From UHGV virus genome UHGV-1363143: a DNA stretch of 64,000 nt; one strand, 5' to 3'. Each line of letters opens with the position of its first letter. The stretch's first letter is position 1. The stretch comes from a virus. Below, piece after piece: positions 21,601 to 30,600 of the stretch. The notes beneath the pieces are model-generated. The model saw only the letters and a program-made list of their open reading frames with translations. It did not search any database and was not told the origin of the DNA. The position numbers were made by a program, and so were the translations under genes.

Positions 21601-24600
21601 ATGAAAATAACGGAAAAAGAAATTCATTAAGACCTGAACTTGAAGTTCTAAGTAATGAATTTAAAAATACTATATTACCAGATGATCAGTGGCAATCATT
21701 ACTTCCAGATGATAAGAGAATAATTAAAGAAAAGCAAAAAGACATAATGCTTAAACAGAAGGAATTACTTTCAACATTTGATAATAGTGATTTATTTACT
21801 GAACTTAGTGAAATTGAAAGTAACATGGAAGAACAATACAACCATCTATTTAATGTATTGGATATCTCAAGATCAAATGCAAAAACTTCTTTAAAAGAAA
21901 TGTTTTCAACAAAAATTAATAATAAAAATAAAGAGATTGATGAAGTATTCAATAAGTTAAATGAAGTTATCTCTACTGTTCCAATTGAAGCTGATATAAG
22001 TGTTGATGCTATGTCAGAAAAGCTTATTCAAGCAATGAAAAACTTTAGAGAAAATAATCCTTCTTCAGGTTTTTCAAAAGACAGAGTAATACAAAATGTC
22101 TTAGATAGTGATGAATTACTATCAACACTTGATGATGATTTTGTAAAGAAGTCTATTGAAAATACTAAGAGCAATTTGCCTAATCTAAAGCTTATTGATG
22201 TAAACAATAAAAATGAAGTTAAGTCATATGCAGAAGAGATCGTAGATAGCATATTAATGCCTACAGTAAAGGACTCGGATGGAAATTTACTTAAGAATAT
22301 AGATGATATAGCAACATTCGCTCAAAAAACATATGGCTACAATGAAACTACAACTAAGCTATTTAAATATAATCTTCAAATGCAAAGAGAAGAACATGTC
22401 AAAGGTATCTCTGATCTTGTAACAGCAGTTGGAAGAAAAAATGGATTTATAACTTATGATAAGTCAACCTCTGAATTGGGAATGAGAATAGGTGGCGAAA
22501 CATATAACCTATGGGGTATGCCTAAGACTAGAATTGAAAATGGTACTTTATTTATTGCGAATGGACAAGGCAATTTTGCTTCAGGATTTAAACTGGATGT
22601 TCAAGATGCAATAGATGGTAAGAGACTTAATCGAGGCAAGGTTGCAATAAAATCTGATTTAGCAGATTCATACAAGGAATTAAGATCCCTTAATTATAGG
22701 TTAGATAGAGCTGCTGCTAGAGGAGATGATTTAGGTAAAACTGTTATTGGTGCAGTTAGCAACGTAGCAAGTAAAGTAAGAGAATTATCTGCTTTAGGTT
22801 CAATGACAACTAAAGATTCATATGCATGGCAAGGAATGGATTTAAGCGAAGGTATTTTGTCAATGCCATACATGTTGGATGAGATTAAATCATATGACGG
22901 TTGGCAAGACGACGATTTTATAAAAATCTTAGAAAGAAATAAGAATAGGATACTTAATGGGAATATAACTTCAGAAGTTCAAGAAGCATATGCTAAAAAT
23001 AAACAAGATGTAGTAAAAATGCTTTTAGGTATTGGTGCAGGAAATGAAAATAAGCAAAGAACTGTTCAAGAGTTTATTGCAGGTAATATAAGCAATTATA
23101 CTAAGGATGGGAAACTAGCTGTAGGTAGAGCAATGGTAGGAGAATATTCTCCAATGGCTATGACAGAATGGGACAATCCATCACGTCCACCAATAAGTTC
23201 TGCTGATGAAATTTTGTTCAACAAAAAGAAATTAGATGATATAATCAATGATCCTACAAAAGGATTGAAAGGTAGAATAGAAACTGGCTCTAGAATAGTT
23301 TCTACTAGACAAGGTGCTGGAAGAAAATTTGATGGAATAGGCGAAGTGGCAACTGGAGTTACATTTAAAAATGCTAATATTTCAGAAAAGAAATTCAAGG
23401 AAATTATAAGTGATAAGTTCGAAGAAGAACTAGAAAAAGTAAATCCTAACTCTAGTAGAGCGGAATGGCTAGAATCACTTAGAAGACAAATGAGCGGACT
23501 TAACTTGACTGAACAAGGTAAGCTTATTGATGGTAGAGTTGCAGATGCTTTATTATCTGAAACAGAAACGCAAAGAATTAATACATTTAAGAATTTTAGT
23601 AGAGACATGAAAAACAATACTAAAATTATGAACGATAGAATAAAAAAGGCAATGCCTACTATAGAGATTGCTCAGTCAGGAGAAATTGTATTCAAGCTTG
23701 GTAAGAAGGATTACGTAAAACGTGGCGACGCATTATTTGCTATAGATGGATATGGAGATGTTCTTGATACTATAGGAGTAAAAGAAGACGCTGGATTATT
23801 TGGGTTTGGATATAATTCTAAGGGAAGTAATCTTGCAGTTGGAGAAGATGAAATATCTAAACTTCTTAACAAGAATAAGAATAGAATACTAAATGCAGAT
23901 GGAACAATAAATCAAGATAAGGCTATGCGATTATTAAATGAATCTTTTGATAGTGGATTCTATGTAAAGAATGCGTTTGTAAAAGGATACAATAAGGGTA
24001 CAATCGAGTATGCTGAAAAAGGTATGTACGATGCATTGGTATCTGGAGCAGGTACTTTAGATAACAGAGTTGATAAGTTACTTGAAGCTGTCGGTATGAA
24101 AGAAGCTAGTGGTAAGGTTTTAAGTGAAGATTTTATAGATTTAATAGCTGAAAAATATTCTGGATTGACCGCAAAACAAAGAAGTGATTTAGGCTTTGCA
24201 GGTGGTTGGAACCAAGTTAAAAATGCTATTAATAAAGAAAAGTTTGCTAAAACTGACTTCATTAGAGAGATAGATGCATTTAAAGATATAGTTGCATTTA
24301 CTAATGACAATGTAATTAAACATGGTAATGCAGGTATCGCAATGAAAGGACTTATTAATAACATTACTGAAAAGTATATGATTGATGATAAGTTATCATT
24401 TGAAGAAGCTTCCAAGAAAACTGTTGATATACTAAACAAGGAAATTATTATAGATAAAAGTACTGGTGAAAAAGGCAAAATATTTAATGGAGTAGATATT
24501 TCTTTTAAAGACGGTAAGATTCATATTGGTGAAATAAAAGATACACTGAATGCAACTATAGACAAATACGCAGTACAAGCTTTAACTGATGAACTAGGGT

Positions 24601-27530
24601 TATACGATAAGAATAGTCCATTTGCTATTCGTGATAAAAATGGAAATGTAGTTGGATACACAACTACTTTAACTACTTCATTTAATGAAGACTTCTCTGG
24701 AACTTCTAGATCATCAATAGAAAAAGATAAAATAAAGAAAAACTTAGATAACAAAAAGGAAAAGTTAAGGGCATTAAATCCTGAAACTGATTCAGTTAGT
24801 TACAATGCTTTAAATGAGGAAATTAAAAACTTAGAGCATTCATATAGGGCTGCTAAGAACTATGATAAAACAATGACAATATCATCAAGAGAAACTGACA
24901 TGATGAGCCTATATGAATATGATGAAAGTAAAATGGCGAAGGTCAGAGAAAAGCTTGGTGGCGATTATAACAAAATATATAAGAGAATGTTAGATGAAGA
25001 TGGTCGTATTAATTCAGAATACACTGGCAGAGCAATACACCAAGGGTTCCTTGATGACATAGAAGACAAGGCATTTGAACAAGCTGTTGAGAATAAAAAA
25101 TATTTTGACAGTGCAAAAAATGCTATAACATACAATAATAGACCAGGACTAGGTACAGACTTCATAAAAGATAATAACTTTGAAGAAGTTAAAATAGGCG
25201 ATTTAGTAATTCCAAATGGACATGACACAAAGTTCCTTGAATCGGATCCAAACAGATCATTTGGAAGAAACTTATTGGTAGACACAGGGCTTTCAGGAAA
25301 TGATAGATATGTAGCAATTTCTGCTAACAACTATTCAATAACTGGAGACGATGTAAATACAGATGAAGTTCAAAAATCTTTAGCCAAATTACAAAGAGCT
25401 AGTAAAACTCTTGAAGATGGAAGAAAGGGAATTAATGGTGCATTAGATAATGGCACTACTGTTAAAGATCTAGAAGCAAGAGTTAGAAATGCAGCTGATG
25501 AATTAAAAGAATCTGTAGTTGGTTCTATGAGAAAAACTCTTGGTGGACTTGATTCAGTTCAACTTGGAGGATATTCATATGAAAAAGCTACTATGGCTAT
25601 GCTGGATCCAGATAGTCTAAAGAAAGCTATGGAAAATGGTAACTTCGATAAGAAAGCCTGGAATGGATATAAAATGTATGGAGTCTCTAAGATTAATGGA
25701 AAGACTCTTGGTGAATGGGCAAGCCAAGGAGTTCACTATGATGCATCATGGCATGGTAAACAATATTTTAAAGACCTAGGATACTTTGATAAAGCTGTAT
25801 GGAAAGATAAGTATAAAATGAAGTCTGTAGACGAAATGATAGAATATCTTAGGGTTAATGGTACAGCAGGAATAGAACTGCGTACACCTACGATTAAAGA
25901 AGGTTCTATGTCTGTTACAAGACAATATCTTGACACAGATTTAAAGGATGGTCAGGCTAAAGCTACAGCCTCTCTTGTTTTTGGAAGAAATCAGGACCAT
26001 GATGGAGATAGTGTTATACAAGCTGAATTAAGACATAAAGACTGGACATTAGCAGACTATGAAATAGGAATGAAAAATAACCCTAATAATGTTCCTGAAG
26101 ATGTAAAAAAATACTATGAAGAATTAAATGCTGCCCAAACATATAGAGCTAGTACAATAAACAATAAGATATATGAAAACGTAGCAGTTCCAACATACAA
26201 TGACGATGTAAAAAATGCATTAAAAAACGCAAATGTTAACAAAGTACTTGCAAGTGAAAAAGTAAACCTTAATGGACGATATATTACTCCATTCTCTCAG
26301 GCTGAAACAGATACAGCATTAAGAAATGATTATCTTAAAAAGTATGGAGAAATAGAAGAGTCATTAATCAGTAAACTAGGAAAAGAGAAATACAAATCTC
26401 TTAATGTTATAGAAAGAGCAAAAGAAATAGATACTCATATTGCTGGTTTAGCTGATGACGTTAAAGATGGATATAGAACTGCAGCTAGATTCGTCGAAAT
26501 TTATGAAAAAGATATGTCAGCAGTAATGTCTAAAGTAGCTGGTAAAGCTTCTATCGGATATATTAATACACCACTAGCCTCATTAAGAAGGGCAGCAGCA
26601 GTAGAAGGATTTTCTGGAGATCAACGTAAGTATATCCAAGCAGCAGCAGATATACTAGAACAAAATATCATATCTAAGAAGCATAGTACAGATTATGCTA
26701 TATCTTTAGCTCAGACTTTTAGATCTAGTCTTAATGATATGTTTGAAGGGAAAATATCTGGTGCTAATAATGTAAATAGGTTGATAAGAGAAAATTATTC
26801 TGGAGCTATGGTAGAAAAGCTTAAAATATTTAATGATATTGACTTTTCAGGAGTAGATGATGAAGAAATCCTAAATAGAATAACTTCAACTATATCAGAT
26901 GTTGGTAGAGCAGCTAGTAATAATAGTAATTTTAGAAACATCATAAAAGCAGAGAACGCTAAAAATTCACTAACAGCAAGCAATATGGAAGATGTATTAT
27001 CAGGAATATCTGAAAGAAGTACAGGACATAACAAATCTCTCGCAAGAGCTAAATACAATGGAGGATCTACATCATCAGTAAATGCTTCAATTGATATGGA
27101 TGGCTTTGAATCTTCGGCAAAGAAAGTCATTTCATCTGCTTCTGAAGTTATAGATGATATGGCTAGAAGTGTAGGCGGTAGTGGATTAGCAAAAGCTGCC
27201 TTAGGTATAGCTGGAGCAATTATGGCTGCAGGTTATATTGGAGGTAATCCAACAATAGCACCTGGAACAGAAGCTCAAGATTTAGATAGTTATGATTCCC
27301 TACAAGACAAGGACTTATCTATACAACAACTCCCTCAGGGAACTGGACAAGGATATGTAATAAACATTAATGCTCAAAGTGCTAGAGGCCAAGATCATGC
27401 AATTAAAGCAATTCAACAAGCTATGCAATCAAGTGTGACTACTGATATTAATATAGCTATGAATGTAAATGATAAGACAAACACTATAAATAGTAGATAT
27501 ATAGACAAACTATTGTCTGGTGCAATATAG
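18648..27530 (+). CDS. Giant virion or ejected-protein candidate (2960 aa). It has an N-terminal DEDDh 3'-5' exonuclease-like domain and a C-terminal multisubunit-RNAP beta-prime-like double-psi beta-barrel catalytic motif. It starts at a GTG with a GAGGTG RBS.
   Basis: The Exo I-like motif is FVFDTETLSG (about nt 19120). The Exo II-like motif is AGFNSTNFDFEKM. The Exo III-like motif is AAHTAGADVTTLAHL (about nt 19930). At about nt 25870..26010, ELRTPTIKEG...LKDGQAKATASLVFGRNQDHDGDSV aligns with E. coli beta-prime NRAPTLHRL...[26 protein letters not shown], including the spacing. Confidence 0.55.
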   Translation: MRSRINVFEHNKKIENRIKSREAIVKEEFGGKSGEALVEEVNKRMAMAYIMDNDFKKKYIEFGKDSVILGSKYVDDAVNKYAPINGIKQTYDDIRPMFNFVNNISNHLKSKQTGNELILNAIELNNGMNYSKISTKANMSVTSLNKAYDNFKKSEEFFVFDTETLSGMGKTGYNELDRLQEIAFRKFKKVDGKLVEDEASRVETLIGITQKQYDEYMDIFVNNFNENGWQGNQKYEVIAGRFAKLGHKDTVIKNAGKGLAITESFASDASENLMDVSNIKRGLERALEIGKRQDAERLSNGLMVWEDQLLRSVKIFNENFVAGFNSTNFDFEKMNQSIGTVWNSMNSTQKAEYSKILNLKNGTVPVINPIEGNYLDFRDVVRTAAESIGKTGIYGNDNEKLKTIKGIGKTLLQQESLGEVFAKDAMFTAAHTAGADVTTLAHLMGGKELNGASLFDELMTTINKNASALTGKVDYNSVLMATQGEFFNDFTRKGALNFTTDRSSGAIRTFNGMSLDANGDVRDLGKFGKATGLKKNVAYKIGFMGEMDMSEDWIKKMSGIHQDYAQGKLWVAKFNPLIDKTIAGDNSILEDPTTYFFTSKEAMEGFVSSHFAHVGNIGTDGKIEDLADPAARAEVQKLFGVHTIKDGKVSEAATQTASELVSNGTIQAMNDPAARMIRENEYTKAIKFQRMQDYLKKNGATTIDEQKKMLSLATAENVAGGKTLKIKHDVLSILGFQDKEVNKQVLYSSTLNNTINSYGYMASKRNVIDSLVEAVKEYGNIGSEQQQFIYDSLMRGLREDAANAIASGDLEKEALINGSSELKVYAKDLDYFEFDMPEGYFKNTNAKAMPGEIDNVLRVNLKSEKEYSLVNDLLRRRRGNDDRLKSPNARQAYGMQELRNFANTVNSLEEYKGIFDDILYGKPVNELKNLANLKKYEKSLLKDELYSSFDNVVNNIVNNNEEVIESRASLEQLRKRRIELQNFINENNGKRNSLRPELEVLSNEFKNTILPDDQWQSLLPDDKRIIKEKQKDIMLKQKELLSTFDNSDLFTELSEIESNMEEQYNHLFNVLDISRSNAKTSLKEMFSTKINNKNKEIDEVFNKLNEVISTVPIEADISVDAMSEKLIQAMKNFRENNPSSGFSKDRVIQNVLDSDELLSTLDDDFVKKSIENTKSNLPNLKLIDVNNKNEVKSYAEEIVDSILMPTVKDSDGNLLKNIDDIATFAQKTYGYNETTTKLFKYNLQMQREEHVKGISDLVTAVGRKNGFITYDKSTSELGMRIGGETYNLWGMPKTRIENGTLFIANGQGNFASGFKLDVQDAIDGKRLNRGKVAIKSDLADSYKELRSLNYRLDRAAARGDDLGKTVIGAVSNVASKVRELSALGSMTTKDSYAWQGMDLSEGILSMPYMLDEIKSYDGWQDDDFIKILERNKNRILNGNITSEVQEAYAKNKQDVVKMLLGIGAGNENKQRTVQEFIAGNISNYTKDGKLAVGRAMVGEYSPMAMTEWDNPSRPPISSADEILFNKKKLDDIINDPTKGLKGRIETGSRIVSTRQGAGRKFDGIGEVATGVTFKNANISEKKFKEIISDKFEEELEKVNPNSSRAEWLESLRRQMSGLNLTEQGKLIDGRVADALLSETETQRINTFKNFSRDMKNNTKIMNDRIKKAMPTIEIAQSGEIVFKLGKKDYVKRGDALFAIDGYGDVLDTIGVKEDAGLFGFGYNSKGSNLAVGEDEISKLLNKNKNRILNADGTINQDKAMRLLNESFDSGFYVKNAFVKGYNKGTIEYAEKGMYDALVSGAGTLDNRVDKLLEAVGMKEASGKVLSEDFIDLIAEKYSGLTAKQRSDLGFAGGWNQVKNAINKEKFAKTDFIREIDAFKDIVAFTNDNVIKHGNAGIAMKGLINNITEKYMIDDKLSFEEASKKTVDILNKEIIIDKSTGEKGKIFNGVDISFKDGKIHIGEIKDTLNATIDKYAVQALTDELGLYDKNSPFAIRDKNGNVVGYTTTLTTSFNEDFSGTSRSSIEKDKIKKNLDNKKEKLRALNPETDSVSYNALNEEIKNLEHSYRAAKNYDKTMTISSRETDMMSLYEYDESKMAKVREKLGGDYNKIYKRMLDEDGRINSEYTGRAIHQGFLDDIEDKAFEQAVENKKYFDSAKNAITYNNRPGLGTDFIKDNNFEEVKIGDLVIPNGHDTKFLESDPNRSFGRNLLVDTGLSGNDRYVAISANNYSITGDDVNTDEVQKSLAKLQRASKTLEDGRKGINGALDNGTTVKDLEARVRNAADELKESVVGSMRKTLGGLDSVQLGGYSYEKATMAMLDPDSLKKAMENGNFDKKAWNGYKMYGVSKINGKTLGEWASQGVHYDASWHGKQYFKDLGYFDKAVWKDKYKMKSVDEMIEYLRVNGTAGIELRTPTIKEGSMSVTRQYLDTDLKDGQAKATASLVFGRNQDHDGDSVIQAELRHKDWTLADYEIGMKNNPNNVPEDVKKYYEELNAAQTYRASTINNKIYENVAVPTYNDDVKNALKNANVNKVLASEKVNLNGRYITPFSQAETDTALRNDYLKKYGEIEESLISKLGKEKYKSLNVIERAKEIDTHIAGLADDVKDGYRTAARFVEIYEKDMSAVMSKVAGKASIGYINTPLASLRRAAAVEGFSGDQRKYIQAAADILEQNIISKKHSTDYAISLAQTFRSSLNDMFEGKISGANNVNRLIRENYSGAMVEKLKIFNDIDFSGVDDEEILNRITSTISDVGRAASNNSNFRNIIKAENAKNSLTASNMEDVLSGISERSTGHNKSLARAKYNGGSTSSVNASIDMDGFESSAKKVISSASEVIDDMARSVGGSGLAKAALGIAGAIMAAGYIGGNPTIAPGTEAQDLDSYDSLQDKDLSIQQLPQGTGQGYVININAQSARGQDHAIKAIQQAMQSSVTTDINIAMNVNDKTNTINSRYIDKLLSGAI
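19100..20000 (+). other. DEDDh (DnaQ/RNase T-like) exonuclease motif set inside the 2960-aa protein.
   Basis: It has the D-x-E motif, a second Asp motif and H-x4-D with T-A/L context. The order and spacing are consistent with the family. Confidence 0.55.
25870..26040 (+). other. Beta-prime-like DPBB NADFDGD-type metal-binding motif (NQDHDGD) with an upstream R-x-P-T element.
   Basis: The motif is read directly from the translation. It has 5/7 identity to NADFDGD plus conserved flanking elements at the correct distance. Confidence 0.6.
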
Positions 27531-27539
27531 AATTTTTGA

Positions 27540-27569
27540 AGAGTAACTAATAAAAAGTTACTCTTTTTG
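27540..27569 (+). terminator. Rho-independent terminator between the two giant genes.
   Basis: The stem is AGAGTAACT / AGTTACTCT, followed by TTTTT. Confidence 0.6.
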
Positions 27570-27671
27570 CGTTGTAATGAATAAAAGAAAGGTAATAACT
27601 AAACATGAAGTCCAAGCAATATAGATTGGATGTTATTTCACATAATATATATTTAAGGGAGTGATAAACAA

Positions 27672-30600
27672 ATGGCGAAATTTTACAGTTCAGTTGATGA
27701 AAAGTTTTATAAGACACCTGATATGGGCGATTATTATGATGAAGATTTAATAGAAGAAATGATGACAAGTATAGATCCTAATAATCCTAAGAATGCAACG
27801 TATTATGTAGAAACACCTTTTAGTACTGCGTTAGGATATCACCCAGATTATGAGGCTTTTGTATTAAAAGCAGATGCCATAATTAAAAAGAATGATTACA
27901 AATATGGCGGAACTACTGGGGCAGAAAAAGAATATTTAAATGATATTGATGCAGATACTATATCTTTCTATCTAGATTCAGTGGATGATGGAGGAATGCC
28001 TTTTGAATTGAACGGAGAAAAATATAAAGGCTTCAAAGATTATGTATATAACCAGACTGATTTTATAACATTCAAACAAAAAGTTTTTAAGATAAGAACT
28101 ATAGGAATAAATGCTCCTGAAGTACCTCACTATAAAATAGTCCCTATGTCAGATGAAGATGCTAAAACTAAACTTAAAGAGGTTAGCATTTCTGAAATGA
28201 AAAGGGGAGGGTATATATATGAAATAAATAAACCTAGAACTCAGGAAAAATATCCTTTTATTTTTATAGACAATAAATGGAGAGAAGTAGTCAATGGCAG
28301 AAATGTAGACGGAACATATGGATCAAGACAACACCCATTTAAAGATTCTGAAGAATATGATGGTGCAAGTAAGAATGAAGATGATAAATCTAGATATTAC
28401 ACTTGCTTATTAAAAGATGAACAAAGTACTTTAGATATGAATGGAGATGTAAACTTAGGACTACTTGCTACAAGAGAAGCACTTGATTTACTTGAATCAG
28501 CACAAGATATGAGAATAGTAGTCGATGCAAAGCAATTACAAACATCTGCTAATTATTCAGAGATACAAAAAGTATTAATGGAAGGATGGAGCGAAGATAA
28601 TTCTCTATGGGAAGTTATAAAGGCTATGTATATAAAGACTTTTGGTGAAAGTAAAACTACTGTTAAGTATGGTGGATTTGGTACTTTCGGACAAGACTCC
28701 TATAAACGTTTCCTTGGTGCAATATATGTAAAGGCTGCAATTAATGGTGCTCCTACTGCATGGATAAACTTAGCTAAGTATGTTAGGTCCAAAGTAGGGG
28801 ATAGAGTCCAATTAATGAAAGGATTAGATCCAGTATCTCAAGACAATGGAAATGGAGTTTCAGATGCATTTAAAGTATGGTCTTATGATAACTCAAATAT
28901 GCTTATTGCAGATGGATTCTATAATATCAGTCAAGCTGATTTTGATGATAGAAGGCAAATTCAAAGAGAAATTACAGGATTAGATTTTTCCCAATATAGA
29001 GACTATACAGTTATGATAGGTGACTGTTTATTTATGGTACCACCAACGTCAATAAGAGTTGTAAACCAAGTTGATAGTAATAGAGTACCCCTTTTAAGAA
29101 GTAAGGGCTCAATAACAAAAACTAAGCCACATAACGATAGATTGATAGAAATGACATTATACTTCAATGGAGAAGAAGGTATCAATGGAGTTCCTATTAA
29201 AAAGCAACTACCAAAACAAAAAGGAACTAATCAATATGAAACTTATTATATGAATGGTCTTAGAAGTTTAATAGCTATGTTTAGATATACTCCATTTATG
29301 CCAGTAGAAAATAAGTACTTAAATGATGTTCTTGGAATAGAAGCAGTATCTCTTGCTAATCTACAAATACAAACAATGCCAATGTATCCAAAATGTTTGG
29401 CGGTCACTTTAACTCTTCAACAATTCAATTACAGAATATATCTTAATGAATTACCATTACCTGATCCTGAAGAAGGACAAGACTTCAATTATAACATGTA
29501 TGCTAGAACTATCAATTACGGAATAATGAGATATTACTATCAAAGAGCAATTCAAGCAGGGGAAGCTATTAAAGATTTAAGTACTAGCAGTCAAGAGTAT
29601 ATTGAATCAACTATGGGAAGTAAAACAAAATTAATCCCTATGGAATTCAAGGATCAAAACATAAGATTCCAAATTCTTGATTCTAATTGGTTAGATAAAA
29701 TGAAATCAATTAAAGAACTTGCTACTAAACAACCTATACAGCAGACACAAGCATTAAATCAAAAAACACTTGATTGGGCCAATAGAGTCGGCATAAGTAT
29801 GTATCACATTATAAATGCTGTAAATAACATTGAAGCTTGTGCATCACCATCATTCAATAGTCTTGAAAATCCTATATTATGGTTGCAAGAAAAACTACTA
29901 ACAAACCAAACTTGTCCTCATTTGGTTGAGATTGGCAAAGGTGTGGAATCTGGTGAAGGAATATATGATTTTAGCTTTGTATTTGATACAGATTCATTGA
30001 CTAAAGAAGAATTACAAAATCTAATGATAGCAATTACTAATGAATTAAATATAAAGAAAAATGATGCAGATAGACTTATATTTGAGGACGGCATTATAAC
30101 TATAAGTGCTAAATTATCTAAGGACGTTCATACAGATGGAGAAACAGATTACAAATGTGACACAAGCACAGATGACTATGCAGTAGCACAATTCTTTGCA
30201 TTTAGGTCAGGCATGTTTAACGAAGGGGAACTGTCTGATGATATCAATAATGATAATTGGGATGGATTTTCTACTGTAGTGAATGAAGCATTCTTTGAAA
30301 ATATGAAAGATAATGCTATAGATGAAGAATCTTTATTGAGTGCAAAATTCAAGGATTATCCTTTAGATATTATTGTTCAACAATTTAGTATCTCAATGGG
30401 AAATACCTTATCGAATACTAAACTTAAGATACATGAAGGTTATGCTCCACAATATGCAGGGGGACAAGATACTGTATTAGACTTTGTATTTCACACTACA
30501 GATGAGAGCACAGTAACACTACTTAACAATATGCAACAAATGGCTGCTGAACAATTAATAAAATATAGACAAATAATTAATTGTTGGCCAATTAGAATAG

